Positions 45,101 through 61,000 of a DNA stretch of 64,000 nucleotides are shown here, in pieces. Under the pieces are notes generated by a model. That model had not been told where the DNA came from. It made no database searches and worked only from the letters and a program-made list of their open reading frames with translations. Position numbers and translations under genes: made by a program. Source of the DNA: Heterodontus francisci (Eukaryota); the NCBI RefSeq assembly GCF_036365525.1, contig NC_090378.1, forward strand, positions 124,667,593-124,731,592, read 5' to 3'. Each line of letters opens with the position of its first letter. Position 1 is the first letter of the stretch.

Positions 45101-48100
45101 TATAATCAATAATAATGGACACACAGTCCCACCTCCTGTACTGACACATCCCACAGTTATATATAATATATAATAATGGACACAGAGTCCCATCTTCTGT
45201 ACTGACACGTCCCACAGTTGTCTATAATATATTATAATGGACACAAAGTCCCACCTCCTTCACTGACATATCCCACAGTTATCTATAATATATAATAATG
45301 GACACACAGTCCCACCTCCTATACTGACATATCCCACAGTTATATATAATATATAACAATGGACACACAGTCCCACCTCCTGTACTGACACATCCCACAG
45401 TTATGTATCATGTATAATAATGGACACGCAGTCCCACCTCCTGTATTGACACATCCCACAGTTATATATAATATATAATAATGGACACACAGTCCCACCT
45501 CCTGTACTGACACATCCCACAGTTATATATAATATATAATAATGGACACACAGTCCCACCTCCTGCACTGCAACATCCCACAGTTATATATAATATATAA
45601 TAATGGACACACAGTCCCATCTTCTGTACTGACACGTCCCACAGTTGTCTATAATATATTATAATGGACACAAAGTCCCACCTCCTTCACTGACATATCC
45701 CACAGTTATCTATAATATATAATAATGGACACACAGTCCCACCTCCTATACTGACATATCCCACAGTTATATATAATATATAACAATGGACACACAGTCC
45801 CACCTCCTGTACTGACACATCCCACAGTTATGTATCATGTATAATAATGGACACACAGTCCCACCTCCTGTACTGACAATTCCGACAGTGATACATAATA
45901 TATAATAATGGACACACAGTCCCATCTTCTGTACTGACACGTCCCACAGTTGTATATAATATATTATCATGGATACACAGTCCCTCCTCCTGTACTGACA
46001 CATCCCACAGTTATAGATAATATATAATAATGGACACACAGTCCCTCCTCCTGTACTGACACATCCCACAGTTATATATAATATATAATAATGGACACAC
46101 AGTCCCACCTCCTTCACTGACATATCCCACAGTTATATATAATATATAATAATGGACACACAGTCCCTCCTCCTGTATGGACACATCCCACAGTTATATA
46201 TAATATATAATAATGGACACGCAGTCCCACCTCCTGTACTGACAATGCCGACAGTGATACATAATATATAATAATGGACACACAGTCCCACCTCCTTCAC
46301 TGACATATCCCACAGTTATATATAATATATAATAATGGACACACAGTCCCTCCTCCTGTATGGACACATCCCACAGTTATATATAATATATAATAATGGA
46401 CACACAGTCCCTCCTCCTGTATGGACACATCCCACAGTTATATATAATATATAATAATGGACACGCAGTCCCACCTCCTGTACTGACAATGCCGACAGTT
46501 ATATATAATATATAATAATGAACACACAGTCCCACCTCCTGTACTGACACATCCCACAGTTATATCTAATAGATATAATGGATACACAGTCCCTCTTCCT
46601 TTTCTGACACATCCCACATTTATAGATAATATATAATAATGGACACACAGTCCCTCCTCCTGTATGGACACATCCCACAGTTATATATAATATATAATAA
46701 TGGACACACAGTGCCACCTCCTGTACTGACACATCCCACAGTTATATCTAATAGATATAATGGATACACAGTCCCACCTCCTGCACTGACATATCCCACA
46801 GTTATATATAATATATAATAATGAACACACAGTCCCACCTCCTGTACTGACACATCCCACAGTTATATATAATATATAATAATGAACACACAGTCCCACC
46901 TCCTGTACTGACACATCCCACAGTTATATATAATATATAATAATGGACACACAGTCCCACCTCCTGTACTGACACATTCCACAGCTTTATATAATATATA
47001 ATAATGGACACACATTCCCATCTCCTGCACTGACACATGCCACAGTTATATCTAATATATTATAATGGACACACAGTCCCTCCTCCTACACTGACACATC
47101 CCACAGTTATATATAATCGCTAATAATGGACACAGTCCCACCTCCTGAACTGACACGTCCCACAGTTATATATAATATATAATAATGGACACACAGTCCC
47201 ACCTCCGATACTGAAACCTCCCACAGATATATATAATATATTATAATGGACACACAGTGCCACCTTCTGTCTGAAACATCCCACAGTTATATATAGTGTG
47301 TAAAAATGCACACACAGTCCCTCCTCCTGTACTGAAACATCCCACAGTTATATATAATAGATAATAATGGACACACAGTCCCACCTCCTGTACTGACATA
47401 TCCCACAGTTATATATAATAAATAATAATGGACACACAGTCCCTCCTCCTGTACTGACACATCCCACAGTTATATATAATATATAATAATGGACACAGAG
47501 TCCAATCTTCTGTACTGACACGTCCCACAGTTGCATATAATATATTATAATGGACACACAGTCCCACCTCCTGTCCTGACATATCCCACAGTTATATATA
47601 ATAGATAATAATGGACACACAGTCCCACCTCCTGCACTGACTAATCCCAGAGTTATATCTCATAGTTAAAAATGGATACACAGTCCCACCTCCTGTACTG
47701 ACATATCCCACAGTTATATATAATATATAATAATGGACACACAGTCCCACCTCCTGCACTGACATGTCCCACAGTTATATATAATATATAATAATGGACA
47801 CAGAGTCCAATCTTCTGTACTGACACGTCCCACAGTTGCATATAATATATTATAATGGACACACAGTCCCACCTCCTGTCCTCACATATCCCACAGTTAT
47901 ATATAATAGATAATAATGGACACACAGTCCCACCTCCTGCACTGACTAATCCCAGAGTTATATCTCATAGATAAAAATGGATACACAGTCCCACCTCCTG
48001 TACTGACATATCCCACAGTTATATATAATATATAATAATGGACACACAGTCCCACCTCCTGCACTGACACATCCCACAGTTATATATAATAAATAATAAT

Positions 48101-51100
48101 GGACACACAGTCCCTCCTCCTGTACTGACACATCCCACAGTTATGTATAATATATAATAATAGACACAGAGTCCCATCTTCTGTACTGACACGTCCCACA
48201 GTTGTATATAATATATTATAATGGACACACAGTCCCACCTCCTGTCCTGACATATCCCACAGTTATATATAATAAATAATAATGGACACACAGTCCCTCC
48301 TCCTGTACTGACACATCCCACAGTTATACATAATTTATAATAATGGACACACAGTCCCACCTCCTTCACTGACATATCCCACAGTTATATATAATATATA
48401 ATAATGGACACACAGTCCCACCTCCTATACTGACATATCCCGCTGCAATATATAATATATAATAATGGACATACAGACACACCTCCTGTACAGAAACATC
48501 CCACAGTTATATATAATATATAATAATGGACAGACAGTCCCACATCCTGTACTGACATATCCCACAGTTATATGTAATATATAATAATGGACACACAGTC
48601 CCACCTCCTGTACTGACACATCCCACAGTTATATATAATATATAATAATGGACACACAGTCCCAGCTCCTGTACTGACACATCCCACAGTTATATATAAT
48701 ATATAATAATGGACAGACAGTCCCACATCCTGTACTGACATATCCCACAGTTATATATAATATATAACAATGGACACACAGTCCCACCTCCTGTACTGAC
48801 ACATCCCACAGTTATATATAATATATAATAATGGACACACAGTCCCACCTCCTGTACTGACACATCCCACATTTATATATAATATGTAATAATGGACACA
48901 CAGTCCCACCTCCTGCACTGACCATCCCACATTTATATATAATATATAAAATTGGACACACAGTCCCTCCTCCTCTTCTGACATTTCCCTCAGTAATATA
49001 TAATAAATAATAATGGACACACAGTCCCACCTCCTGTACTGACGCATCCCACAGTTATATATAATATATAATAATGGACACAGAGTCCCACCTCCTGTAC
49101 TGACACATCCCACAGTTATATCTAATAGATAATAATGGACACACAGTCCCACCTCCTGTACTGACTATTGCCACAGTTATATCTAATAGATAATAATGGA
49201 CACACAGTCCCACCTCCTGTACTGACACATCCCACACTTATATATAATGTATAATAGTGGACACACAGTCCCAACTCCTGTAATGACATATCTCATAGTA
49301 ATATATAATATATAATAATGGACACAAAGTCCCACCTCCTCGTCTGACATATCCCACACTAATATATAATAAATAATAATGGACACACAGTCCCAACTCC
49401 TTCACTGACACATCCCACAGTTATATATAATATATAATAATGGACACACAGTCCCACCTCCTGTACTGACACATCCCACAGTTATATATAATATATAATA
49501 ATGGACACACAATCCCACCTCCTGTAATGACACATCCCACAGTTATATATAATATATAATAATGGACACACAGTCCCACCTCCTGTACTGACACATCCCA
49601 CAGTTATAAATAATATATAATAATGGACACACAGTCCCACCTCCTGCACTGACACATCCCAAAGTTATGTATAATATATAATAATGGACACACAGTCCCA
49701 CCTCCGGTACTGACACGTCCCACAGTTATATATAATATATAATAAAGGACACACAGTCCCACCTCCTGCACTGCAACATCCCACAGTTATATATAATATA
49801 TAATAATGGACACACAGTCCCACCTCCTGTACTGACACATCCCACAGTTATATATAATATATAATAATGGAAACACAGTCCCACCTCCTGCAATGACACA
49901 TCCCACAGTTATATATAATATATAATAATGGACACACAGTCCCACATCCTGTACTGACACATCCCACAGTTATATATTATATATAATAATGGACACACAG
50001 TCCCACCTCCTGCAATGACACATCCCACAGTTATATATAATATATAATAATGGACACACATGCCCTCCTCCTATACTGACACATCCCACAGTTAAATATA
50101 ATATATAATTATGGACACAAGGTCAGAGCTCCTGATCTGACACATCCCACAGTTATATTTAATGTATAATAATGGACACACAGTCCCACCTCCTGTACCG
50201 ACACATCCCACATTTATATATAATAGATAATAGTGGACACACAGTCCCACCTCCTGTAATGACATATCTCACAGTAATATATAATATATAATAATGGACA
50301 CACAGTCACTCCTCCTGCACAGACACATCCCACAGTTATATATAATATATAATAATGGACACACAGTCCCACCTCCTACGCTGATATATCCCGCTGTAAT
50401 ATATAATATATAATAATGGACACACAGACACAGCTCCTGTACAGAAACATCCCACAGTTTTATATAATATATAATAATGGACAGACAGTCCCACATCCTG
50501 TACTGACACATCCCACAGTTATAAATAATATATAATAATGGACACACAGTCCCACCTCCTGCACTGACACATCCCACATTTATATATAATATGTAATAAT
50601 GGACACACAGTCCCACCTCCTGCACTGACACATCCCACAATTATATTTTTAAAAAAAATTGGACACACAGTCCCTCCTCCACTTCTGACATTTCCCTCAG
50701 TAATATATAATAAATAATAATGGACACACAGTCCCACCTCCTGCACTGACACATCCCTCAGTTATATATAATATATAATAATGGACACAGAGTCCCATCT
50801 TCTGTACTGACACGTCCCACAGTTGTCTATAATATATTATAATGGACACAAAGTCCCACCTCCTTCACTGATATATCCCACAGTTATCTATAATATATAA
50901 TAATGGACACACAGTCCCACCTCCTATACTGACATATCCCACAGTTATATATAATATATAACAATGGACAAACAGTCCCACCTCCTGTACTGACACATCC
51001 CACAGTTATGTATAATATATAATAATGGACACATAGTCCCACATCCTCTTCCGACATATCCCACAGTAATATATAATATATAATAATGGACACACAGTCC

Positions 51101-54100
51101 CACCTCCTGCACTGACACGTCCCACAGTTATATATTATATATAATAATGGACACACAATCCCACCTCCTGTAATGACACACCCCACAGTTATATATAATA
51201 TATAATAATGGACACACAGTCCCACCTCCTGTATTGACACATCCCACAGTTATATATAATATATAATAATGGACACATAGTCCCACATCCTCTTCCGACA
51301 TATCCCACAGTAATATATAATATATAATAATGGACACACAGTCCCACCTCCTGCACTGACACGTCCCACAGTTATATATTATATATAATAATGGACACAC
51401 AATCCCACCTCCTGTAATGACACACCCCACAGTTATATATAATATATAATAATGGACACACAGTCCCACCTCCTGTATTGACACGTCCCACATTTATATA
51501 TAATATATAATAATGGACACACAGTCCCACCTCCCGCACTGACACATCCCACAGTTATATATAATAAATAATAATGGACACACAGTCCCACCTCCTGTAC
51601 TGACACATCCCACAGTTATATATAATATATAATTATGGACACACAGTCCCACCTCCTGTACTGACACATCCCACAGTTATATATAATATATAATAATGGA
51701 CACATAGTCCCACCTCCTTTACTGACACATCCCACAGTTTTAGATAATATATAATAATGGACACACAGTCCCACCTCCTGTATTGACACATCCCACAGTT
51801 ATATATAATAAATAATAATGGACGCACATTCCCACCTCCTGTACTGACACATCCCACAGTTATATATAATATATAATAATGGACACACAGTCCCACCTCC
51901 TGTACTGACACATCCCACAGTTATATATAATATATAATAATGGACACACAGTCCCACCTCCTGTACTGACACATCCCACAGTTATATATAATATGTAAAA
52001 ATGGACACACAGTCCCACCTCCTGTACTGACACATCCCACAGTTACATATAATATATAATAATGGACACACAGTCCAACCTCCTGTACTGACACATCCCA
52101 CAGTTATACATAATATGTAAAAATGGACACACAGTCCCACCTCCTGCAATGACACATCCCACAGTTATATGTTATATATTATAATGGACACACAGTCCCA
52201 CATCCTGTACTGACACATCCCACAGTTATATATTATATATAATAATGGACACACAGTCCGACCTCCTGTACTGACACGTCCCACAGTTATATATAATACA
52301 TAATAATGGACACACAGTCCCACCTCCAGTACGGACACATCCCACATTTATATATAATATATTATAATGGACACACAGTCCCACCTCCTGTAATGACACA
52401 TCCCACAGTTATATATAATATATAATAATGGACACACAGTCCCACCTCCTGTAATGACACATCCCACAGTTATATATAATATATAATAATGGACACACAG
52501 TCCCACCTCCTGTAATGACACATCCCACAGTTATATATAATATATAATAATGGACACACAGTCCCACCTCCTGCACTGACATACCCCTCAGTAATATATA
52601 ATATATAATAATGGACACACAGTCACACCTCCTGTAATTACATCTCCCACAGTTATATATAATATATAATAATGGACACATAGTCCCACCTCCTGTACTG
52701 ACACATCCCACAGTTTTAGATAATATATAATAATGGACACACAGTCCCACCTCCTGTATTGACACATCCCACAGTTATACATAATATGTAAAAATGGACA
52801 CACCGTCCCACCTCCTGTACAGACACATCCCACAGTTATATATAATATATAATAATGGACACACAGTCCCACCTCCTGTACTGACACATCCCACAGTTTT
52901 AGATAATATATAATAATGGACACACAGTCACACCTCCTGTAATTACATCTCCCACAGTTATATATAATATATAATAATGGACACATAGTCCCACCTCCTG
53001 TACTGACACATCCCACAGTTTTAGATAATATATAATAATGGACACACAGTCCCACCTCCTATACTGACACATCCCACAGTTATACATAATATGTAAAAAT
53101 GGACACACAGTCCCACCTCCTGTACTGACACATCCCACAGTTTTAGATAATATATAATAATGGACACAGAGTCACACCTCCTGTAATTACATCTCCCACA
53201 GTTATATATAATACATAATAATGGACACACAGTCCCACCTCCAGTACGGACACATCCCACATTTATATATAATATATTATAATGGACACACAGTCCCACC
53301 TCCTGCACTGACATACCCCTCAGTAATATATAATATATAATAATGGACACACAGTCACACCTCCTGTAATTACATCTCCCACAGTTATATATAATATATA
53401 ATAATGGACACACAGTCCCACCACCTGTACTGATACGTCCCACAGTTATATATAATATATAATAATGGACACACAGTCCCACCTCCTGTACTGACACAGC
53501 CCACAGTTATATATCATATATAATAATGGACACACAATCCCACCTCCTGTAATGACACAGCCCACAGTTATATATAATATATAATAATGGACACACAGTC
53601 CCACCACCTGTACTGACACAGCCCACAGTTATATATCATATATAATAATGGACACACAGTCCCACCTCCTGCACTGACACATCCCACAGTTATATATAAT
53701 ATATAATAATGGACACACAGTCCCACCTCCTGTAATGACACAGCCCACAGTTATATATAATATATAATAATGGACACACAGTCCCACCTCCTGCAATGAC
53801 ACATCCCACAGTTATATATAATATATAATAATGGACACACAGTCCCACATCCTGTACTGACACATCCCACAGTTATATATTATATATAATAATGGAAACA
53901 AAGTCCCACCTCCTGTACTGACACATCCCACAGTTATATATAATAAATAATAATGGACACACAGTCCCAACTCCTTCACTGACACATCCCACAGTTATAT
54001 ATAATATATAATAATGGACACACAGTCCCACCTCCTGTACTGACACATCCCACAGTTATATATAATATATAATAATGGACACACAATCCCACCTCCTGTA

Positions 54101-54556
54101 ATGACACATCCCACAGTTATATATAATATATAATAATGGACACACATTCCCACTTCCTGTACTGACACATCCCACAGTTATATATAATAAATAATAATGG
54201 ACACACAGTCCCACCTCCTGTACTGACACATCCCACAGTTATATATAATATATAATAATGGACACACAGTCCCACCTCCTGTACTGACACATCCCACAGT
54301 TATATATAATATATAATAATGGACACACAGTCCCACCTCCTGCACTGACACATCCCAAAGTTATGTATAATATATAATAATGGACACACAGTCCCACCTC
54401 CGGTACTGACACGTCCCACAGTTATATATAATATATAATAATGGACACACATTCCCACCTCCTGCACTGCAACATCCCACAGTTATATATAATATATAAT
54501 AATGGACACACAGTCCCACCTCCTGTACTGACACATCCCACAGTTATATATAATAT

Positions 54557-54565
54557 ATAATAATG
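54557..54565 (+). other. Empty (pre-insertion) paralogous LINE target site, macro-duplicate copy
   Basis: The paralog offset falls from 39078 before the LINE (13943 vs 53021) to 36208 after it (18885 vs 55093). The difference, 2870, equals the element plus one TSD (15488-18357). The order of variant monomers matches on both sides. Confidence 0.92.
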
Positions 54566-55296
54566 GACACACAGTCCCACCTCCTGCAATGACACATCCC
54601 ACAGTTATATATAATATATAATAATGGACACACAGTCCCACATCCTGTACTGACACATCCCACAGTTATATATTATATATAATAATGGAAACAAAGTCCC
54701 ACCTCCTGTACTAACACATCCCACAGTTATATATAATAAATAATAATGGACACACAGTCCCATCTCCTGCACTGACACATCCCACAGTTATATATAATAT
54801 ATAATAATGGACACACAGTCCCACCTCCTGTACTGACACATCCCACAGTTATATATAATATATAATAATGGACACACAATCCCACCTCCTGTAATGACAC
54901 ATCCCACAGTTATATACAATATATAATAATGGACACACAGTCCCACCTCCTGCAATGACACATCCCACAGTTATATATAATATATAATAATGGACACACA
55001 GTCCCACATCCTGTACTGACACATCCCACAGTTATATATTATATATAATAATGGAAACAAAGTCCCACCTCCTGTACTGACACATCCCACAGTTATATAT
55101 AATAAATAATAATGGACACACAGTCCCACCTCCTGCACTGACACATCCCACAGTTATATATAATATATAATAATGGACACACAGTCCCACCTCCTGTACT
55201 GACACATCCCACAGTTATATATAATATATAATAATGGACACACAGTCCCACCTCCTGTACTGACACGTCCCACAGTGATATATAATATATAATAAT

Positions 55297-58035
55297 GGAC
55301 AGACCGTCCCACCTCCTGTACTGACACATCCCACAGTTATATATAATATATTATAATTGACAGACAGTCCCACCTCCTGAACTGACATACCCCACAGTAA
55401 TATACAATATATAATAATGGACACACAGTCCCACCTCCTCTCATGACATATCCCACAGTTATATATAATATATAATAATGGACACACCGTCCCACCTCCT
55501 TTACTGACACGTCCCACAGTTATATATAATATATATGAATGGACACACAGTCCCACCTTCTGTATGACACATCCCACAGTTATATATAATATATAATAAT
55601 GGTCACACAGTCCCACCTCCTGTCCTGACACTTCCCACAATTATATATAATATATAATAATGGACACACTGTCCCACGTTCTGTATGACACTTCCCACAG
55701 TTATATACATTCTATAATAAAGGACACGCAGTCCCACCTCCTGTCCTGACACTTCCCTCAGTTATATATAATATATAATAATGGACACACAGTCCCACCT
55801 TCTGTATGACACATCCCACAGTTATATATAATAAATAATAATAGACACACAGTCCCACCTCCTGTACTGACACATCCCACAGTTATATATAATATATAAT
55901 AATGGACACACAGTCCCACATCCTGTACTGACACATCCCACAGTTATATATTATATATAATAATGGAAACAAAGTCCCACCTTCTGTATGACACATCCCA
56001 CAGTTATATATAATAAATAATAATAGACACACAGTCCCACCTCCTGTACTGACACATCCCACAGTTATAAATGATATATAATGATGGACACACAGTCGCA
56101 CCTCCTGTACTGACACATCCCACAGTTATACATCATATGTAAAAATGGACACACAGTCCCCCCTAGTGTACTGACACATCCCACAGTTATATATAATATA
56201 TAATAATGGACTCAGAGTCCCACCTCCTGTACTGACACATCCCACAGATATACATAATATGTAAAAATGGACACACAGTCCCACCTCCTGTACTGACACA
56301 TCCCACAGTTATATATAATATATAATAATGGACACACAGTCCCACCTCCTGTACTGACACATCCCACAGTTATATATAATATATAATAATGGACACACAG
56401 TCCCACCTCCTGCAATGACACATCCCACATTTATATATAATATATAATAATGGACGCACAGTCCCACATCCTGGACTGACACATCCCACAGTTATATATT
56501 ATATATAATAATGGACACACAGTCCCACCTCCTTTACTGACACGTCCCACAGTTATATATAATATATAATAATGGACACACAGTCCCACCTCCTGTACTG
56601 ACACGTCCCACAGTTATATATAATATATAATAATGGACACACAGTCCCACCTCCAGTCAGGACACATTCCACAGTTATGTATAATATATTATAATGGACA
56701 GACCGTCCCACCTCCTGTACTGACACATCCCACAGTTATATATAATATATTATAATTGACAGACAGTCCCACCTCCTGAACTGACATACCCCACAGTAAT
56801 ATACAATATATAATAATGGACACACAGTCCCACCTCCTCTCATGACATATCCCACAGTTATATATAATATATAATAATGGACACACCGTCCCACCTCCTT
56901 TACTGACACGTCCCACAGTTATATATAATATATAATAATGGTCACACAGTCCCACCTCCTGTCCTGACACTTCCCACAATTATATATAATATATAATAAT
57001 GGACACACTGTCCCACGTTCTGTATGACACTTCCCACAGTTATATACATTCTATAATAAAGGACACGCAGTCCCACCTCCTGTCCTGACACTTCCCTCAG
57101 TTATATATAATATATAATAATGGACACACAGTCCCACCTTCTGTATGACACATCCCACAGTTATATATAATAAATAATAATAGACACACAGTCCCACCTC
57201 CTGTACTGACACATCCCACAGTTATATATAATATATAATAATGGACACACAGTCCCACATCCTGTACTGACACATCCCACAGTTATATATTATATATAAT
57301 AATGGAAACAAAGTCCCACCTTCTGTATGACACATCCCACAGTTATATATAATAAATAATAATAGACACACAGTCCCACCTCCTGTACTGACACATCCCA
57401 CAGTTATAAATGATATATAATGATGGACACACAGTCGCACCTCCTGTACTGACACATCCCACAGTTATACATCATATGTAAAAATGGACACACAGTCCCC
57501 CCTAGTGTACTGACACATCCCACAGTTATATATAATATATAATAATGGACTCAGAGTCCCACCTCCTGTACTGACACATCCCACAGATATACATAATATG
57601 TAAAAATGGACACACAGTCCCACCTCCTGTACTGACACATCCCACAGTTATATATAATATATAATAATGGACACACAGTCCCACCTCCTGTACTGACACA
57701 TCCCACAGTTATATATAATATATAATAATGGACACACAGTCCCACCTCCTGCAATGACACATCCCACATTTATATATAATATATAATAATGGACGCACAG
57801 TCCCACATCCTGGACTGACACATCCCACAGTTATATATTATATATAATAATGGACACACAGTCCCACCTCCTTTACTGACACGTCCCACAGTTATATATA
57901 ATATATAATAATGGACACACAGTCCCACCTCCTGTACTGACACGTCCCACAGTTATATATAATATATAATAATGGACACACAGTCCCACCTCCAGTCAGG
58001 ACACATTCCACAGTTATGTATAATATATTATAATG
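55297..58035 (+). repeat. 23-mer + 22-mer tandem pair (third paralog)
   Basis: ggacagaccgt at 55297 and 56696. The second unit lacks the 60-bp tatgaat/ttctgtatgac monomer near 56935 (offset 1339). Confidence 0.85.
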
Positions 58036-61000
58036 GACACACAGTCCCACCTCCTGCACTGACATACCCCACAGTAATATATAATATATAATAATGGACA
58101 CACAGTCCCACCTCCTGTAATGACATATCCCACAGTTATATATAATATATAATAATGGACACACAGTCCCACCTCCTGTACTGACACATCCCTCAGTTAT
58201 ATATAATATACAATAATGGACACACAATCCCACCTCCTGTAATGACACATCCCACAGTTATATATAATATATAATAATGGACACACAGTCCCACCTCCTG
58301 CAATGACACATCCCACAGTTATATATAATATATAATAATGGACACACAGTCCCACCTCCTGTACTGACACATCCCACAGTTATATATAATATATAATAAT
58401 GGACACATAATCCCACCTCCTGTAATGACACATCCCACAGTTATATATAATATATAATAATGGACACACAGTCCCACCTCCTGCAATGACACATCCCACA
58501 GTTATATATAATATATAATAATGGACACACAGTCCCACATCCTGTACTGACACATCCCACAGTTATATATTATATATAATAATGGAAACAAAGTCCCACC
58601 TCCTGTACTGTCACATCCCACAATTATATATAATAAATAATAATGGACACACAGTCCCACCTCCTGCACTGACACATCCCACAGTTATATATAATATATA
58701 ATAATGGACACACAGTCCCACCTCCTGTACTGACACATCCCACAGTTATATATAATATATAATAATGGACACACAGTCCCACCTCCTGTACTGACACGTC
58801 CCACAGTGATATATAATATATAATAATGGACAGACCGTCCCACCTCCTGTACTGACACATCCCACAGTTATATATAATATATTATAATTGACAGACAGTC
58901 CCACCTCCTGAACTGACATACCCCACAGTAATATACAATATATAATAATGGACACACAGTCCCACCTCCTCTCATGACATATCCCACAGTTATATATAAT
59001 ATATAATAATGGACACACCGTCCCACCTCCTTTACTGACACGTCCCACAGTTATATATAATATATATGAATGGACACACAGTCCCACCTCCTGTCCTGGC
59101 ACTTCCCTCAGTTATATATAATATATAATAATGGACACACAGTCCCACCTTCTGTATGACACATCCCACAGTTATATATAATAAATAATAATAGACACAC
59201 AGTCCCACCTCCTGTACTGACACATCCCACAGTTATATATAATATATAATAATGGACACACAGTCCCACATCCTGTACTGACACATCCCACAGTTATATA
59301 TTATATATAATAATGGAAACAAAGTCCCACCTTCTGTATGACACATCCCACAGTTATATATAATAAATAATAATAGACACACAGTCCCACCTCCTGTACT
59401 GACACATCCCACAGTTATAAATGATATATAATGATGGACACACAGTCGCACCTCCTGTACTGACACATCCCACAGTTATACATCATATGTAAAAATGGAC
59501 ACACAGTCCCCCCTAGTGTACTGACACATCCCACAGTTATATATAATATATAATAATGGACTCAGAGTCCCACCTCCTGTACTGACACATCCCACAGATA
59601 TACATAATATGTAAAAATGGACACACAGTCCCACCTCCTGTACTGACACATCCCACAGTTATATATAATATATAATAATGGACACACAGTCCCACCTCCT
59701 GTACTGACACATCCCACAGTTATATATAATATATAATAATGGACACACAGTCCCACCTCCTGCAATGACACATCCCACATTTATATATAATATATAATAA
59801 TGGACGCACAGTCCCACATCCTGGACTGACACATCCCACAGTTATATATTATATATAATAATGGACACACAGTCCCACCTCCTTTACTGACACGTCCCAC
59901 AGTTATATATAATATATAATAATGGACACACAGTCCCACCTCCTGTACTGACACATCCCACAGTTATATATAATATATAATAATGGACACACAGTCCCAC
60001 CTCCTGCAATGACACATCCCACATTTATATATAATATATAATAATGGACGCACAGTCCCACATCCTGGACTGACACATCCCACAGTTATATATTATATAT
60101 AATAATGGACACACAGTCCCACCTCCTTTACTGACACGTCCCACAGTTATATATAATATATAATAATGGACACACAGTCCCACCTCCTGTACTGACACGT
60201 CCCACAGTTATATATAATATATAATAATGGACACACAGTCCCACCTCCAGTCAGGACACATTCCACAGTTATGTATAATATATTATAATGGACACACAGT
60301 CCCACCTCCTGCACTGACATACCCCACAGTAATATATAATATATAATAATGGACACACAGTCCCACCTCCTGTAATGACATATCCCACAGTTATATATAA
60401 TATATAATAATGGACACACAGTCCCACCTCCTGTACTGACACATCCCTCAGTTATATATAATATACAATAATGGACACACAATCCCACCTCCTGTAATGA
60501 CACATCCCACAGTTATATATAATATATAATAATGGACACACAGTCCCACCTCCTGCAATGACACATCCCACAGTTATATATAATATATAATAATGGACAC
60601 ACAGTCCCACCTCCTGTACTGACACATCCCACAGTTATATATAATATATAATAATGGACACATAATCCCACCTCCTGTAATGACACATCCCACAGTTATA
60701 TATAATATATAATAATGGACACACAGTCCCACCTCCTGCAATGACACATCCCACAGTTATATATAATATATAATAATGGACACACAGTCCCACATCCTGT
60801 ACTGACACATCCCACAGTTATATATTATATATAATAATGGAAACAAAGTCCCACCTCCTGCAATGACACATCCCACAGTTATATATAATATATAATAATG
60901 GAAACAAAGTCCCACCTCCTGCACTGACACATCCCACAGTTATATATAATATATAATAATGGACACACAGTCCCACCTCCTGTACTGAGACATCCCACAA

